A stretch of 64,000 nucleotides of DNA from Bacilli bacterium (GTDB lineage: Bacteria > Bacillota_I > Bacilli_A > RF39 > UBA660). Shown here piece after piece: positions 10,535 through 19,488 of this stretch (positions are counted from its first letter, which is position 1; every line of letters starts with the position of its first letter). The stretch is from NCBI GenBank assembly GCA_017515795.1, contig JAFWEE010000008.1, positions 6,549 through 70,548 on the forward strand, read 5' to 3'. The notes beneath the pieces were generated by a model. It saw nothing but the letters and a program-made list of their open reading frames with translations. It searched no databases and had not been told where the DNA came from. The position numbers and the translations under genes were made by a program.

Positions 10535-10568
10535 AAAGAGAACTAATTAATAGTTCTCTTTTATTTTT
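10535..10568 (+). terminator. Rho-independent terminator
   Basis: AAGAGAACTA / TAGTTCTCTT 10-bp hairpin followed by a T-rich tract. Confidence 0.7.
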
Positions 10569-10618
10569 GTCCCAATTGTTAAACTCATTATATCATATTT
10601 TTAAGGTAATTTCAAGAA

Positions 10619-10648
10619 TTGACTTTTAGTGAAAATGAGCATTATAAT
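10619..10648 (+). promoter_or_regulatory. sigma-A type promoter of the putative 6S RNA
   Basis: TTGACT (10619-10624), 18-nt spacer, TATAAT (10643-10648). Confidence 0.55.
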
Positions 10649-10654
10649 TAAATT

Positions 10655-10824
10655 GGATATAGGAAACTGGGAAGTGTATTTAACCGACTAAATTATATAT
10701 AAGGGAGCCGGGAATGATACATGGTGTGAATGCCCTTAACTTGGGAATCCTAAAGTGTATCACGGGGCACCCACCTGCACATACGTGTAGGTTTAACGTT
10801 GCCGGTTTCCTGTATTCATTTTTT
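10655..10824 (+). ncRNA. ssrS: Probable 6S RNA (SsrS/BsrA-like)
   Basis: About 170-nt G+C-enriched non-coding stretch. A 16-bp closing helix forms between 10655-10670 and 10802-10817 (3 G.U pairs). Internal pairings GGGAGCC/GGCACCC and GATACA/TGTATC give an irregular long hairpin, followed by a U-run. The position upstream of tcdA(yrvM)-rarA matches B. subtilis bsrA in the aspS-yrvM spacer. Confidence 0.55.
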
Positions 10825-10836
10825 ATGGGGTAAATT

Positions 10837-11514
10837 ATGTTTGATAGATTAATAGGATTAATAGGACAAGAAAAAGTTGATTTAATTAAAAGTAAGAAAG
10901 TTTTAATAGTTGGAGTAGGTGGTGTTGGAGGAATAGCTCTTGAAACACTTATTCGTAATGGTATAGAAAATATTATAGTAGTTGATAAAGATAGAATAGA
11001 TGAAACTAATAAAAATAGACAAATAATTGCATTAGATTCTACTATAGATATGTATAAAGCTGAAGCTTTTAAAAATAGAATAGAGGACATTAATAAGAAT
11101 GCTAAAGTAACTGTTATTAATGAGTTTTTAGATGCATCTAATATAGATGAAATATTTAAATTAGACTTTGATTATGTAATAGATACATGTGATACAGTAG
11201 ATACTAAAATATTACTTATAAAATACGCATTAAAACATGGTAAAAGAATAATTTCATCTATGGGTATGGGTAATAAACTAGATACTACAAAAGTCTCTAT
11301 AATGCCTATTAAAAAGACTTCTTATGATCCTTTAGCTAAGGTTATTAGAAGAAAGCTTAGAGAAGAAGGAATAGAAGATAATATAATGGTAGTATCTTCT
11401 ATTGAAGAAGCTAAGAAAAGTGAAAAGATATATTCTTATAGTCCTGTAACAAACTATGCTGGTTTATTAATAGCAGACTATATAATAAAAGACATAATAA
11501 AAGAAGATAACTAA
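10837..11514 (+). CDS. tcdA: tRNA threonylcarbamoyladenosine dehydratase (ThiF/MoeB family, YrvM-like)
   Basis: 225 aa; Rossmann motif VLIVGVGGVGG; synteny with rarA as in B. subtilis yrvM-yrvN. Confidence 0.8.
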   Translation: MFDRLIGLIGQEKVDLIKSKKVLIVGVGGVGGIALETLIRNGIENIIVVDKDRIDETNKNRQIIALDSTIDMYKAEAFKNRIEDINKNAKVTVINEFLDASNIDEIFKLDFDYVIDTCDTVDTKILLIKYALKHGKRIISSMGMGNKLDTTKVSIMPIKKTSYDPLAKVIRRKLREEGIEDNIMVVSSIEEAKKSEKIYSYSPVTNYAGLLIADYIIKDIIKEDN

Positions 11515-12737
11515 TTATCTTCTTTTTTATTTATCTTTTCTATTTTTTGATATATTTCATTTAAAGACTGTTCATATTTACTAGTAAGTTTTGCTTTATA
11601 GTATTTTCTTCCTTCTAATTCTTTAGGCATATATTGTTGTTTAACATATGATCCTGGATAATCATGAGGATACTTATAAGTAGTACTAGTAATCTTAATA
11701 GTATCAGGTATTTCATAATTTAAACCTGATTCTGCATCCTTTAGAGCTTCATCTAATGCAACATGAGCAGAGTTACTTTTTGGAGATAATGCCATCTCTG
11801 TAATAACTACAGATAGAGGTATTCTTCCTTCTGGCATACCAACTCTTTCACATGCATTAATAGCAGCATCTACTTTAGGTCCAATAGATGGATTAGCTAG
11901 TCCTATATCTTCATAAGCTATAACTGTCATTCTTCTATATATTGAATCTAAGTCTCCAATAGTTATTAATCTTGCTAAATAATATAGAGCAGCATTAACA
12001 TCTGATCCTCTAATAGACTTTTGAAAAGCAGATAATAAATCATAATGACCAGATTCATCTGAATCAGATATTATTACAGGTTTATTATTTATTTTTTTAA
12101 TTACATCTATTGTTATGTTTTTATCTGAAGTAGAGTAGTAACATAATTCTAAAAGATTATAAGCATATCTTAAATCAAATGAAGAAAGCTCTGCTATATA
12201 TTCTATTGCATCTTTTTTAATTTTAATATCTTTTAGATATTCAGATTTAATTGCTTTATTTAATCCTTTAACTATATCTTCTTTTTTTAGAGTGTTTAGT
12301 TTAAAGATTTGGCATCTACTTCTTATAGCAGGATTAATTCTAAAATATGGATTAGATGTTGTTAATCCTATTAAAACTATTAAACCTGATTCTAGGTGTG
12401 GTAGTAATAAATCTTGTTTATCTTTATTAAGTCTATGTATTTCATCCATTATAAGAATTAGACCATCATACATTTTAGCTTCTTCAACTACAACTTCTAT
12501 ATCTTTTTTATTACTAGTAACAGCATTTAAAAATCTATATTTATTTTTTGTATTTTCTGCTATTACATTAGCAATACTTGTTTTACCGGTACCAGGTTCA
12601 CCATATAATATCATGGAAAAAACTTTACCGTTATGTACTAAATTATATATAGGAGAATCTTTACTAGTTAAATGTTCTTGCCCAATAATATCACTGAGTT
12701 TAGTAGGTCTAAGTTTTATAGCTAGTGGTTTATCCAT
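11511..12737 (-). CDS. rarA: Replication-associated recombination protein A (AAA+ ATPase)
   Basis: 408 aa; Walker A GEPGTGKTS, Walker B ILIMDEIHR, MgsA C-terminal pattern. Confidence 0.93.
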   Translation of the reverse strand: MDKPLAIKLRPTKLSDIIGQEHLTSKDSPIYNLVHNGKVFSMILYGEPGTGKTSIANVIAENTKNKYRFLNAVTSNKKDIEVVVEEAKMYDGLILIMDEIHRLNKDKQDLLLPHLESGLIVLIGLTTSNPYFRINPAIRSRCQIFKLNTLKKEDIVKGLNKAIKSEYLKDIKIKKDAIEYIAELSSFDLRYAYNLLELCYYSTSDKNITIDVIKKINNKPVIISDSDESGHYDLLSAFQKSIRGSDVNAALYYLARLITIGDLDSIYRRMTVIAYEDIGLANPSIGPKVDAAINACERVGMPEGRIPLSVVITEMALSPKSNSAHVALDEALKDAESGLNYEIPDTIKITSTTYKYPHDYPGSYVKQQYMPKELEGRKYYKAKLTSKYEQSLNEIYQKIEKINKKEDN

Positions 12738-12845
12738 AATATCACTTCCTTTACTAATTATAACATATATAAATGTTAAATAGAAATATACTTAGTTTAC
12801 ATAATTCTTATAGTAATATATAATTATATTAGAGGATATATAAAT

Positions 12846-13724
12846 ATGGACATAGAAAAAGAGATATATGATTATATGAATTATCTTATAATTGAAAGAC
12901 AACTAAGTTCTAATACAATAGATGCATATAAAAGAGATTTATATAGCTTTTTTAACTATGTTAATAAGGGTTATAAGAGTGTTAATAAGAATGATGTAAT
13001 AAATTATATTACTAGTCTAGATATGAACCCTAAAAGCATAAATAGACATATTGTTACATTAAAGAATTATTTTAATTTTTTAGAGAAGAATTCTATGCTA
13101 AGTATTAATCCAATGGAGGATATACAAGGATTAAAAACTAAGAAAAGTATTCCAAGAGTATTATCTGAAGAAGATATAGATAAACTACTTGATATTGAAC
13201 CTACTAATGCATTTGAATTTAGAAATAAAGCAATGTTAGAGTTAATGTATTCATCTGGTCTTAGGGTATCTGAGTTATTAAATCTAAATGTAAATGATAT
13301 AGATTTTGATATGAATATAGTTAGAATATTTGGTAAAGGATCTAAAGAAAGAATAATGCCTATTAATGAAATAGCAACTAGTTATTTATATGAATATATA
13401 AATTTATATAGAAAAACATTATTAAAAAATAAAATAAATGATATATTATTTTTAAATAGTAGAGGAGAATCTCTTAGCAGACAAGGTTTCTTTAAAATAT
13501 TAAAAGAAATAGCTAGAGAAAAAGGTATTAATAAAGAATTATCTCCTCATACATTAAGACATTCATTTGCAACACATTTATTAAATCATGGAGCAGATCT
13601 AAGAAGTATTCAAACTATGCTTGGTCATGAAAATATAGAGACTACTCAGATATATACTCATGTATCTAATAATATGGTTAAAGAAGAATATGAAAATGCT
13701 CATCCAAGGAGTAAAAAGGAGTAA
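12846..13724 (+). CDS. xerD: Site-specific tyrosine recombinase XerD-like
   Basis: 292 aa; N-terminal LSSNTIDAYKRDL; C-terminal HTLRHSFATHLL...LGHENIETTQIYTHV with the catalytic Tyr. Confidence 0.8.
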   Translation: MDIEKEIYDYMNYLIIERQLSSNTIDAYKRDLYSFFNYVNKGYKSVNKNDVINYITSLDMNPKSINRHIVTLKNYFNFLEKNSMLSINPMEDIQGLKTKKSIPRVLSEEDIDKLLDIEPTNAFEFRNKAMLELMYSSGLRVSELLNLNVNDIDFDMNIVRIFGKGSKERIMPINEIATSYLYEYINLYRKTLLKNKINDILFLNSRGESLSRQGFFKILKEIAREKGINKELSPHTLRHSFATHLLNHGADLRSIQTMLGHENIETTQIYTHVSNNMVKEEYENAHPRSKKE

Positions 13725-13727
13725 ATT

Positions 13728-15320
13728 ATGTATAAAGAAAATTTTGAAAAATGGTTAGAATTTATTTCAAAAGAAGATAAAGAAATAATGCTAAATATGT
13801 CAGAAGAAGAAAAGAAAGATTGTTTTGAGAAAACATTATCTTTTGGTACTGCTGGTATAAGAGGAATAATGGGTATTGGTACTAATAGACTAAATATTTA
13901 TAATATTGGTATGATTATGAAAGGTTATGCCTCATATTTACTTAATAAGAGTGAAAAACCTACTATTGTAATCGGTTATGATACAAGAAATAATTCTTAT
14001 AAATTTGCAATGGAATGCGCTTTAGTACTTAATTATGAAGGTATTAAAACATATTTATTTAATGATATAGCTAGTACTCCAATAGTTTCTTATGCAGTTA
14101 AACATTTAAATTTAGATGGTGGCATAGTTATTACTTCATCTCATAATGAATATATTTATAATGGGCTTAAAATATATAACTTATTTGGAGGCCAATTAAC
14201 CACATTTGAATCGAGTGAAGTGTCTAAATATATAAATGATGTAACTGATTATAAAAGTGTTAAAAAAGCCCCTCAAAACAATGAATTATTTGGTTATTTA
14301 GATGAAATTATATATGATGAATTTAATAAAGAAAATGAAAAGGTATTTATTAATAAAGATTTATTAGAGTATGCTAAAGATTTAAAAGTAACTTATACTT
14401 CATTACATGGAACTGGTATTAATGTAGTTCCTAATATATTAGAAAAATATAATATTAAATATAATCTAGTAGGGGAACAATGTGTAATAGATTCTATGTT
14501 TACCTATGCACCTAAGCCAAATCCTGAAATTTTAGATGTATGGAATTTACCTATAGAATATGCTAAAAAGAATAATAGTGATGTAATTATAGCTACTGAT
14601 CCTGATTCTGATAGAATAGGTATAATGTATAAAGAAGATAATGAATATATATTGCTTAATGGTAATATAACAGGAATTATATTTTTATATTATTTAATTA
14701 ATAATACTAATTATTTTAAGAAATATGTAGTAAGAAGTATTGTTACTACTGATTTGGTAAATAAAATATGTAGGGAACATAGAATTAGAGTAAAAGAAGT
14801 TCTTACTGGTTGTAAAAATATAGCAAATTTAAAGATAACAGATAGTGATAATTATTTGTTTGGATTTGAAGAATCTTTAGGTTATATGTTTAATATAGAC
14901 GTTAATGATAAGAATGCATTTTCATCTATTAATATGTTATTAGAAATATTATGCTATTTAAAGAAAAATAATATGAATTTAAATGATTATATAAATGAAA
15001 TATTTACTAAATATGGATATTATTTATTTAAAACTATAGATATTAAACCAAAAGATAAAGATTTGTTTATGGATAGACTTAGATCTGATAATCTAATTAC
15101 ATGTGAAAAGAAAATAGATTATTTAAAAGAGGAAGAAAATATTACTAATGCATTAAAGTTTATTATTAATGATAATGAATACTTTATGATGAGGCCATCA
15201 GGAACAGAAAATAAAATAAAAGTATATTATTTTGTTAATGATAGTACTAAAGAATTATCTGAAAATAGATTAAATAATTTAATTAATAATACAAATAATA
15301 TATTTGACAAAATAATATAA
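13728..15320 (+). CDS. Phospho-sugar mutase (phosphoglucomutase/phosphomannomutase family)
   Basis: 530 aa; phosphoserine loop ITSSHNEYIYNGLK; metal loop ATDPDSDR. Confidence 0.85.
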   Translation: MYKENFEKWLEFISKEDKEIMLNMSEEEKKDCFEKTLSFGTAGIRGIMGIGTNRLNIYNIGMIMKGYASYLLNKSEKPTIVIGYDTRNNSYKFAMECALVLNYEGIKTYLFNDIASTPIVSYAVKHLNLDGGIVITSSHNEYIYNGLKIYNLFGGQLTTFESSEVSKYINDVTDYKSVKKAPQNNELFGYLDEIIYDEFNKENEKVFINKDLLEYAKDLKVTYTSLHGTGINVVPNILEKYNIKYNLVGEQCVIDSMFTYAPKPNPEILDVWNLPIEYAKKNNSDVIIATDPDSDRIGIMYKEDNEYILLNGNITGIIFLYYLINNTNYFKKYVVRSIVTTDLVNKICREHRIRVKEVLTGCKNIANLKITDSDNYLFGFEESLGYMFNIDVNDKNAFSSINMLLEILCYLKKNNMNLNDYINEIFTKYGYYLFKTIDIKPKDKDLFMDRLRSDNLITCEKKIDYLKEEENITNALKFIINDNEYFMMRPSGTENKIKVYYFVNDSTKELSENRLNNLINNTNNIFDKII

Positions 15321-15331
15321 TAAAGTATAAT
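15304..15331 (+). promoter_or_regulatory. Near-consensus sigma-A promoter for the 506-aa ORF
   Basis: TTGACA (15304-15309), 16-nt spacer, TATAAT (15326-15331); lies in the 3' end of the mutase gene. Confidence 0.55.
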
Positions 15332-15359
15332 AAATACAATTTACTTTGGGGGTATAATT

Positions 15360-16880
15360 ATGTATCAATTTCCAAAAGATAGATACCATGATATGGATAA
15401 ACAAAGAACATTAAGTTTAATATCTACATCTGATATAGATATTCCAATAGAACGTTCTGATTATAGTTATTTTGTAGCAAATAAAACTTTTTTAAGTCTT
15501 ATTAGAAAATTTGAAGATGAAGTATGTGATATATATACAGAATGTGAATTAAAAGAAAGATTTAGAAAAAAATTAAGACTACATATTTTACCAAATTATA
15601 GTAAAGAATCATCTCATAGCGAAAATTATTGTTTAGTTTATTCTCCAAAAGAGATAATTGATAATATATTTGATATATTAGATATTGATGCTAAAACATT
15701 AATTGGTAAACATATAGATTATAATTCTTCTTTGGAAGAATACTATGAAGCAGAAAAACATGTTAAAAATGTGCTTTCTTCTGTTATAGGTTATTTAGAT
15801 ACTAATAAAACAATGCTTGAATATGAAGTGTCTACTGTTACAAGTGATTCAATGTATTTTCAATTACAAAATAGAATAGATATCATAGAAGAAAAATTAA
15901 AGTTTGCTAGAATGTCTTTAGATGGTTTAGATAAAATATTTACTCTTTATCGTGATAGAAGACTTACTGACGTTAAATATTATGATGGTAAAGATAGTTA
16001 TATTGTATGGAGAAATCTAGCTCAATATATTGCTATAACTTCTTTAAGAAAATATGAAAAAACAGGTAATTTAGATTATTTAGAGTATCCTTATAAATTC
16101 TATGAAAAATGTTCTAAACCAACTCCTGAGGGATATCAAATGAAATATGTATCTAGTTTATTATTAGAAGACGATAAATTAGATTCTACATTTGTTAGAT
16201 ATAACGGTTTATGTGGGGAAACATTTACTAAGAAACCTGAAATAGTAGAATTCTTATTAAATCATAAAGATAATGATAAAACTAAAGTATTTGAAACTAT
16301 TAAACCTAGTAAAGAAATGCTTTCTTCTGATGATTTTGGTTCTTATTTAGAACTTAAAACTAAAGATTATTTTAGTAGAGTAGGGAAGCTTTCAGTAGAG
16401 GATCTTAATACTCAAAAACAATTAATGTCAAAAATTAAGTTTTATGCATATAATGAAGATTTTAATAGTCATTTAAAGACAAGAATTTTTAGTTCAGATA
16501 ATGAAACTGGTGTTGTTGGATTTGTTTTAGATAATGACTATATAGTATTAGAAAAATTCTTTGATGAAGATAAAAATGGATATTCTATTCCATCTAAGGA
16601 CTCAGCAATATATATATTACCATTAGACATGTATTATTATAGTTTTGATTGTGATTCATTAAAAGTTAGAAAACATAAAAGAGATTATCCAGAAGATATA
16701 AGAATTCAAAGAAAATATCATAAATATGGTGATTTATATCAAGATGCTGTATTAGATATATTTAAATATGGATCTATATCTAGTTTAAGTGCAGATGATT
16801 TTATTAAATTACGTAAACAAAATTTAGTATCTATTGTAGATAGTAAAAATCTAAAGAAAAAGCCTAATAAAAAAGATTAA
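15360..16880 (+). CDS. Hypothetical protein (506 aa, no recognisable domain)
   Basis: Long uninterrupted ORF with RBS GGGGG 8 nt upstream; no motif recognised by eye. Confidence 0.7.
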   Translation: MYQFPKDRYHDMDKQRTLSLISTSDIDIPIERSDYSYFVANKTFLSLIRKFEDEVCDIYTECELKERFRKKLRLHILPNYSKESSHSENYCLVYSPKEIIDNIFDILDIDAKTLIGKHIDYNSSLEEYYEAEKHVKNVLSSVIGYLDTNKTMLEYEVSTVTSDSMYFQLQNRIDIIEEKLKFARMSLDGLDKIFTLYRDRRLTDVKYYDGKDSYIVWRNLAQYIAITSLRKYEKTGNLDYLEYPYKFYEKCSKPTPEGYQMKYVSSLLLEDDKLDSTFVRYNGLCGETFTKKPEIVEFLLNHKDNDKTKVFETIKPSKEMLSSDDFGSYLELKTKDYFSRVGKLSVEDLNTQKQLMSKIKFYAYNEDFNSHLKTRIFSSDNETGVVGFVLDNDYIVLEKFFDEDKNGYSIPSKDSAIYILPLDMYYYSFDCDSLKVRKHKRDYPEDIRIQRKYHKYGDLYQDAVLDIFKYGSISSLSADDFIKLRKQNLVSIVDSKNLKKKPNKKD

Positions 16881-16885
16881 TTTAA

Positions 16886-16915
16886 TTGACAAATTAGTCT
16901 TTTTTATTATATAAT
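16886..16915 (+). promoter_or_regulatory. Near-consensus sigma-A promoter for the 158-aa ORF
   Basis: TTGACA (16886-16891), 18-nt spacer, TATAAT (16910-16915). Confidence 0.55.
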
Positions 16916-16949
16916 AATATCTTCATTAGAGAAGAGTGGGGGAAGTTTT

Positions 16950-17426
16950 ATGAATAAACTATTTAGAAAAAGTGCAACAATTACTACTTCAAATAATGAT
17001 AAATACGTGATTGAATCAGGTAGATATTTTATAATGCCTAAAAGAAGTAAAAATCGTAGAATTAAACATAAATATGGTAATGCATATACTATTACTAAAG
17101 TAGAATCTACTGATGAAACATTAAAACCAAATGATATTAGTTTTATTGGAGAAATCTATTCATTTGAGAATAATAGATTAAGATTCTTAGAAAATACATA
17201 TAAAGATGTACATGCATTTGATACAGAATTACATGATAATGGTAAAGAATTACCTATTACTGTAATAGAAACATATGGTGATAGAACTCAAACTATTTCT
17301 AGTATTGGTGATATTATTAAGTTTGATAGTGATATAAAAGAACAGTCATATACATTAGATATAAAAGTATTAAGATTATTATTAAAAGCTAAAAAGGATA
17401 AAGAGGGTAGTAAAAAAGATCTATAA
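16950..17426 (+). CDS. Hypothetical protein (158 aa)
   Basis: ORF with RBS GTGGGGGAAG; no recognisable motif. Confidence 0.65.
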   Translation: MNKLFRKSATITTSNNDKYVIESGRYFIMPKRSKNRRIKHKYGNAYTITKVESTDETLKPNDISFIGEIYSFENNRLRFLENTYKDVHAFDTELHDNGKELPITVIETYGDRTQTISSIGDIIKFDSDIKEQSYTLDIKVLRLLLKAKKDKEGSKKDL

Positions 17427-17446
17427 TTAATAGATCTTTTTATTTT
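17414..17446 (+). terminator. Rho-independent terminator
   Basis: AAAAGATCTA / TAGATCTTTT 10-bp hairpin spanning the stop codon, then a T-rich tract. Confidence 0.7.
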
Positions 17447-17491
17447 AGATTTATACTAGTTAACATAATAATTATTATATGAAATTATATG

Positions 17492-18259
17492 TTATATATT
17501 TCTAGATTGAATTTCAGCCATCTTTTCATATACTTCTGTACTATTTTCTTGTGTTATTTCAGAGTATCCAAGTTCTTTTAAAGCTTGTTCTTGAGCTGAT
17601 ACTAATTCTTGTGTTCTAGATAGTATTTCTTCGTGCTTTTCTTTTATTTCATCTTCAAACTTCTTATGTACTTCAATTAACTTATTTCTAGAGGCACTCT
17701 TAGATTGATACATAACCATAGCTGAATATAGTATTGATTCAAATGCAAATTGTTCGTCTTCATTGAATACATATTCATTAGCATTAATAAATCCTGTAGT
17801 CTTAGCTACGTATGCAAGTAAGTAATTAATTGTATCATTATTATCAGAAACTTCTAGGAAATAATATAAATATCTAAGCATATTTCTGCCATTAATTTCA
17901 TCATCATCAATCTTTTCCTTAAGTAGGGATATAATATCATTTAATAGCTTTTGATCATTGTTATTAAGATCATTAAATGATATCCTCCCCTTCTCTTGTA
18001 AAGTAGAGAAGTAAGTAGAATCATTAATTAAATTATTAGCATGTTTAATAAAATCTGAATCTACTTCTATAGAATCTATTTCATCTTGAGACTTAATATT
18101 TAATAAATTAAATAATTTCATTTTTTTCTCAAGTGGCCAATCACTTACACTATCCATTTCTAAATAGTTATATACCATTTGTCTAGATACTCCAAGGTAT
18201 TTAGCTAGTTTTACTTTACTTACCCCTATCTCTGATAATATTTCATTTAGTCTGTCCAT
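17492..18259 (-). CDS. XRE-family helix-turn-helix transcriptional regulator with a long C-terminal domain
   Basis: 255 aa; N-terminal HTH SKVKLAKYLGVSRQMVYNYLE; RBS GGAGGG. Confidence 0.8.
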   Translation of the reverse strand: MDRLNEILSEIGVSKVKLAKYLGVSRQMVYNYLEMDSVSDWPLEKKMKLFNLLNIKSQDEIDSIEVDSDFIKHANNLINDSTYFSTLQEKGRISFNDLNNNDQKLLNDIISLLKEKIDDDEINGRNMLRYLYYFLEVSDNNDTINYLLAYVAKTTGFINANEYVFNEDEQFAFESILYSAMVMYQSKSASRNKLIEVHKKFEDEIKEKHEEILSRTQELVSAQEQALKELGYSEITQENSTEVYEKMAEIQSRNI

Positions 18260-18285
18260 TTACATACCCTCCTATTATTAATTTC

Positions 18286-18314
18286 ATTTTACACTAGTAA
18301 AGTGTAAATGTCAA
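18286..18314 (-). promoter_or_regulatory. Promoter of the XRE regulator with an embedded inverted-repeat operator
   Basis: Minus strand reads TTGACA (18314-18309), 17-nt spacer, TAAAAT (18291-18286). A perfect 8-bp inverted repeat TTTACACT-n5-AGTGTAAA (18288-18308) fills the spacer and -10 region. Confidence 0.55.
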
Positions 18315-18337
18315 GTAAAAGTAAATAAAAAAGAATA

Positions 18338-19444
18338 CTATAATAAGTATTCTAATTTTTTTCCATCTTTTCTAACTTCTTTTATAATACCACCAATGAT
18401 GCACTCATCACCATCGTATATTACACATGCCTGCCCGGGAGTTACTGATTTAACATTGTCGTAAAATACTTCAATGTTTCCATCTTCTAAGTACTCTATA
18501 GTAACAGGTATATCTTTTTGCCTATATCTAAATTTAGCGTTTGCAGATGTAGGTCTCTTGCCTGATAAATAGTTTATATCTTCAACTATACATGATGTAG
18601 ATTGTAGATATTTAGTATCGTCTCCTAAAGATACATATAATACATTTTTATCTAGATTTTTACCTACAACATATAGTCTTTTATCATTACCACCAATATC
18701 TAGTCCTCTTCTTTGACCAATAGTGTAGTACATAAGTCCTATATGCTCCCCTACTTTTTTATTAGTATCTATATCAATGATGTCTCCTGGAGTATTTGGT
18801 AAATAATTAGTTAAGAATTCTTTAAAGTTTCTTTCACCGATAAAACATATACCAGTAGAATCTTTTTTATCTGCTACTGATAGATTTAATTCTTCAGCTA
18901 TCTTTCTTACTTCTTCTTTCTTTAAGTCCCCTACTGGAAATAATACATTAGAGAACTTATCTATTGATACTTGAGATAAGAAATAAGATTGATCTTTATT
19001 GTCATCTATACCTTTATATAAATGACCATCTATCATTCTAGCATAGTGACCAGTAGCTATATAATCTGCTCCTAGTTTATCAGCTTCTTTTTTAAACATA
19101 TCAAATTTAATATATTTGTTACACATAATATCTGGATTAGGAGTTCTACCTTTTTTTAATTCATCTAAAAAGTAAATAAATACATAGTCCCAATATTCTT
19201 TTACAAAGTCTATTCTATGAAGAGTAATACCAAGTTTATTACATACATCAAGTGCATCATTATAATCTTGTTCCTGAGTACATATATTCTCGTTTAGTGT
19301 AGGATTACCATTAATATCATTATTAATAGATGAATCCCAGTTTCTCATAAATAGACCTTCTACTTCATATCCTTCTTTTTGAAGTAAATATGCTGCTACT
19401 ATTGAGTCTACACCACCAGATATACCAACTATAACCTTTTTCAT
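18338..19444 (-). CDS. mnmA: tRNA 2-thiouridine(34) synthase
   Basis: PP-loop VIVGISGGVDS. ATG at 19444 is preferred (RBS GGTGGTGA 5 nt upstream) over the ORF-track start at 19459. Confidence 0.93.
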   Translation of the reverse strand: MKKVIVGISGGVDSIVAAYLLQKEGYEVEGLFMRNWDSSINNDINGNPTLNENICTQEQDYNDALDVCNKLGITLHRIDFVKEYWDYVFIYFLDELKKGRTPNPDIMCNKYIKFDMFKKEADKLGADYIATGHYARMIDGHLYKGIDDNKDQSYFLSQVSIDKFSNVLFPVGDLKKEEVRKIAEELNLSVADKKDSTGICFIGERNFKEFLTNYLPNTPGDIIDIDTNKKVGEHIGLMYYTIGQRRGLDIGGNDKRLYVVGKNLDKNVLYVSLGDDTKYLQSTSCIVEDINYLSGKRPTSANAKFRYRQKDIPVTIEYLEDGNIEVFYDNVKSVTPGQACVIYDGDECIIGGIIKEVRKDGKKLEYLL

Positions 19445-19488
19445 CTTTTTCACCACCAAAACTGCATAGTATTATACTATTTTTATAA

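Noticed and set aside
10680-11090. 136-aa minus-strand ORF spanning the tcdA 5' end and the upstream spacer
   Set aside because: It overlaps the tcdA coding region antisense and the structured RNA region. It has no RBS and a hydrophobic junk-like translation. The region is better explained by the 6S-like RNA plus tcdA
12292-12783. 163-aa plus-strand ORF
   Set aside because: It is antisense to the well-supported rarA gene
12846-13724. Tyrosine recombinase as a marker of an integrated mobile element
   Set aside because: The sequence has the XerD-type N- and C-terminal motifs and chromosomal-Xer length. No phage, plasmid or transposon genes, att-like repeats or tRNA target are nearby
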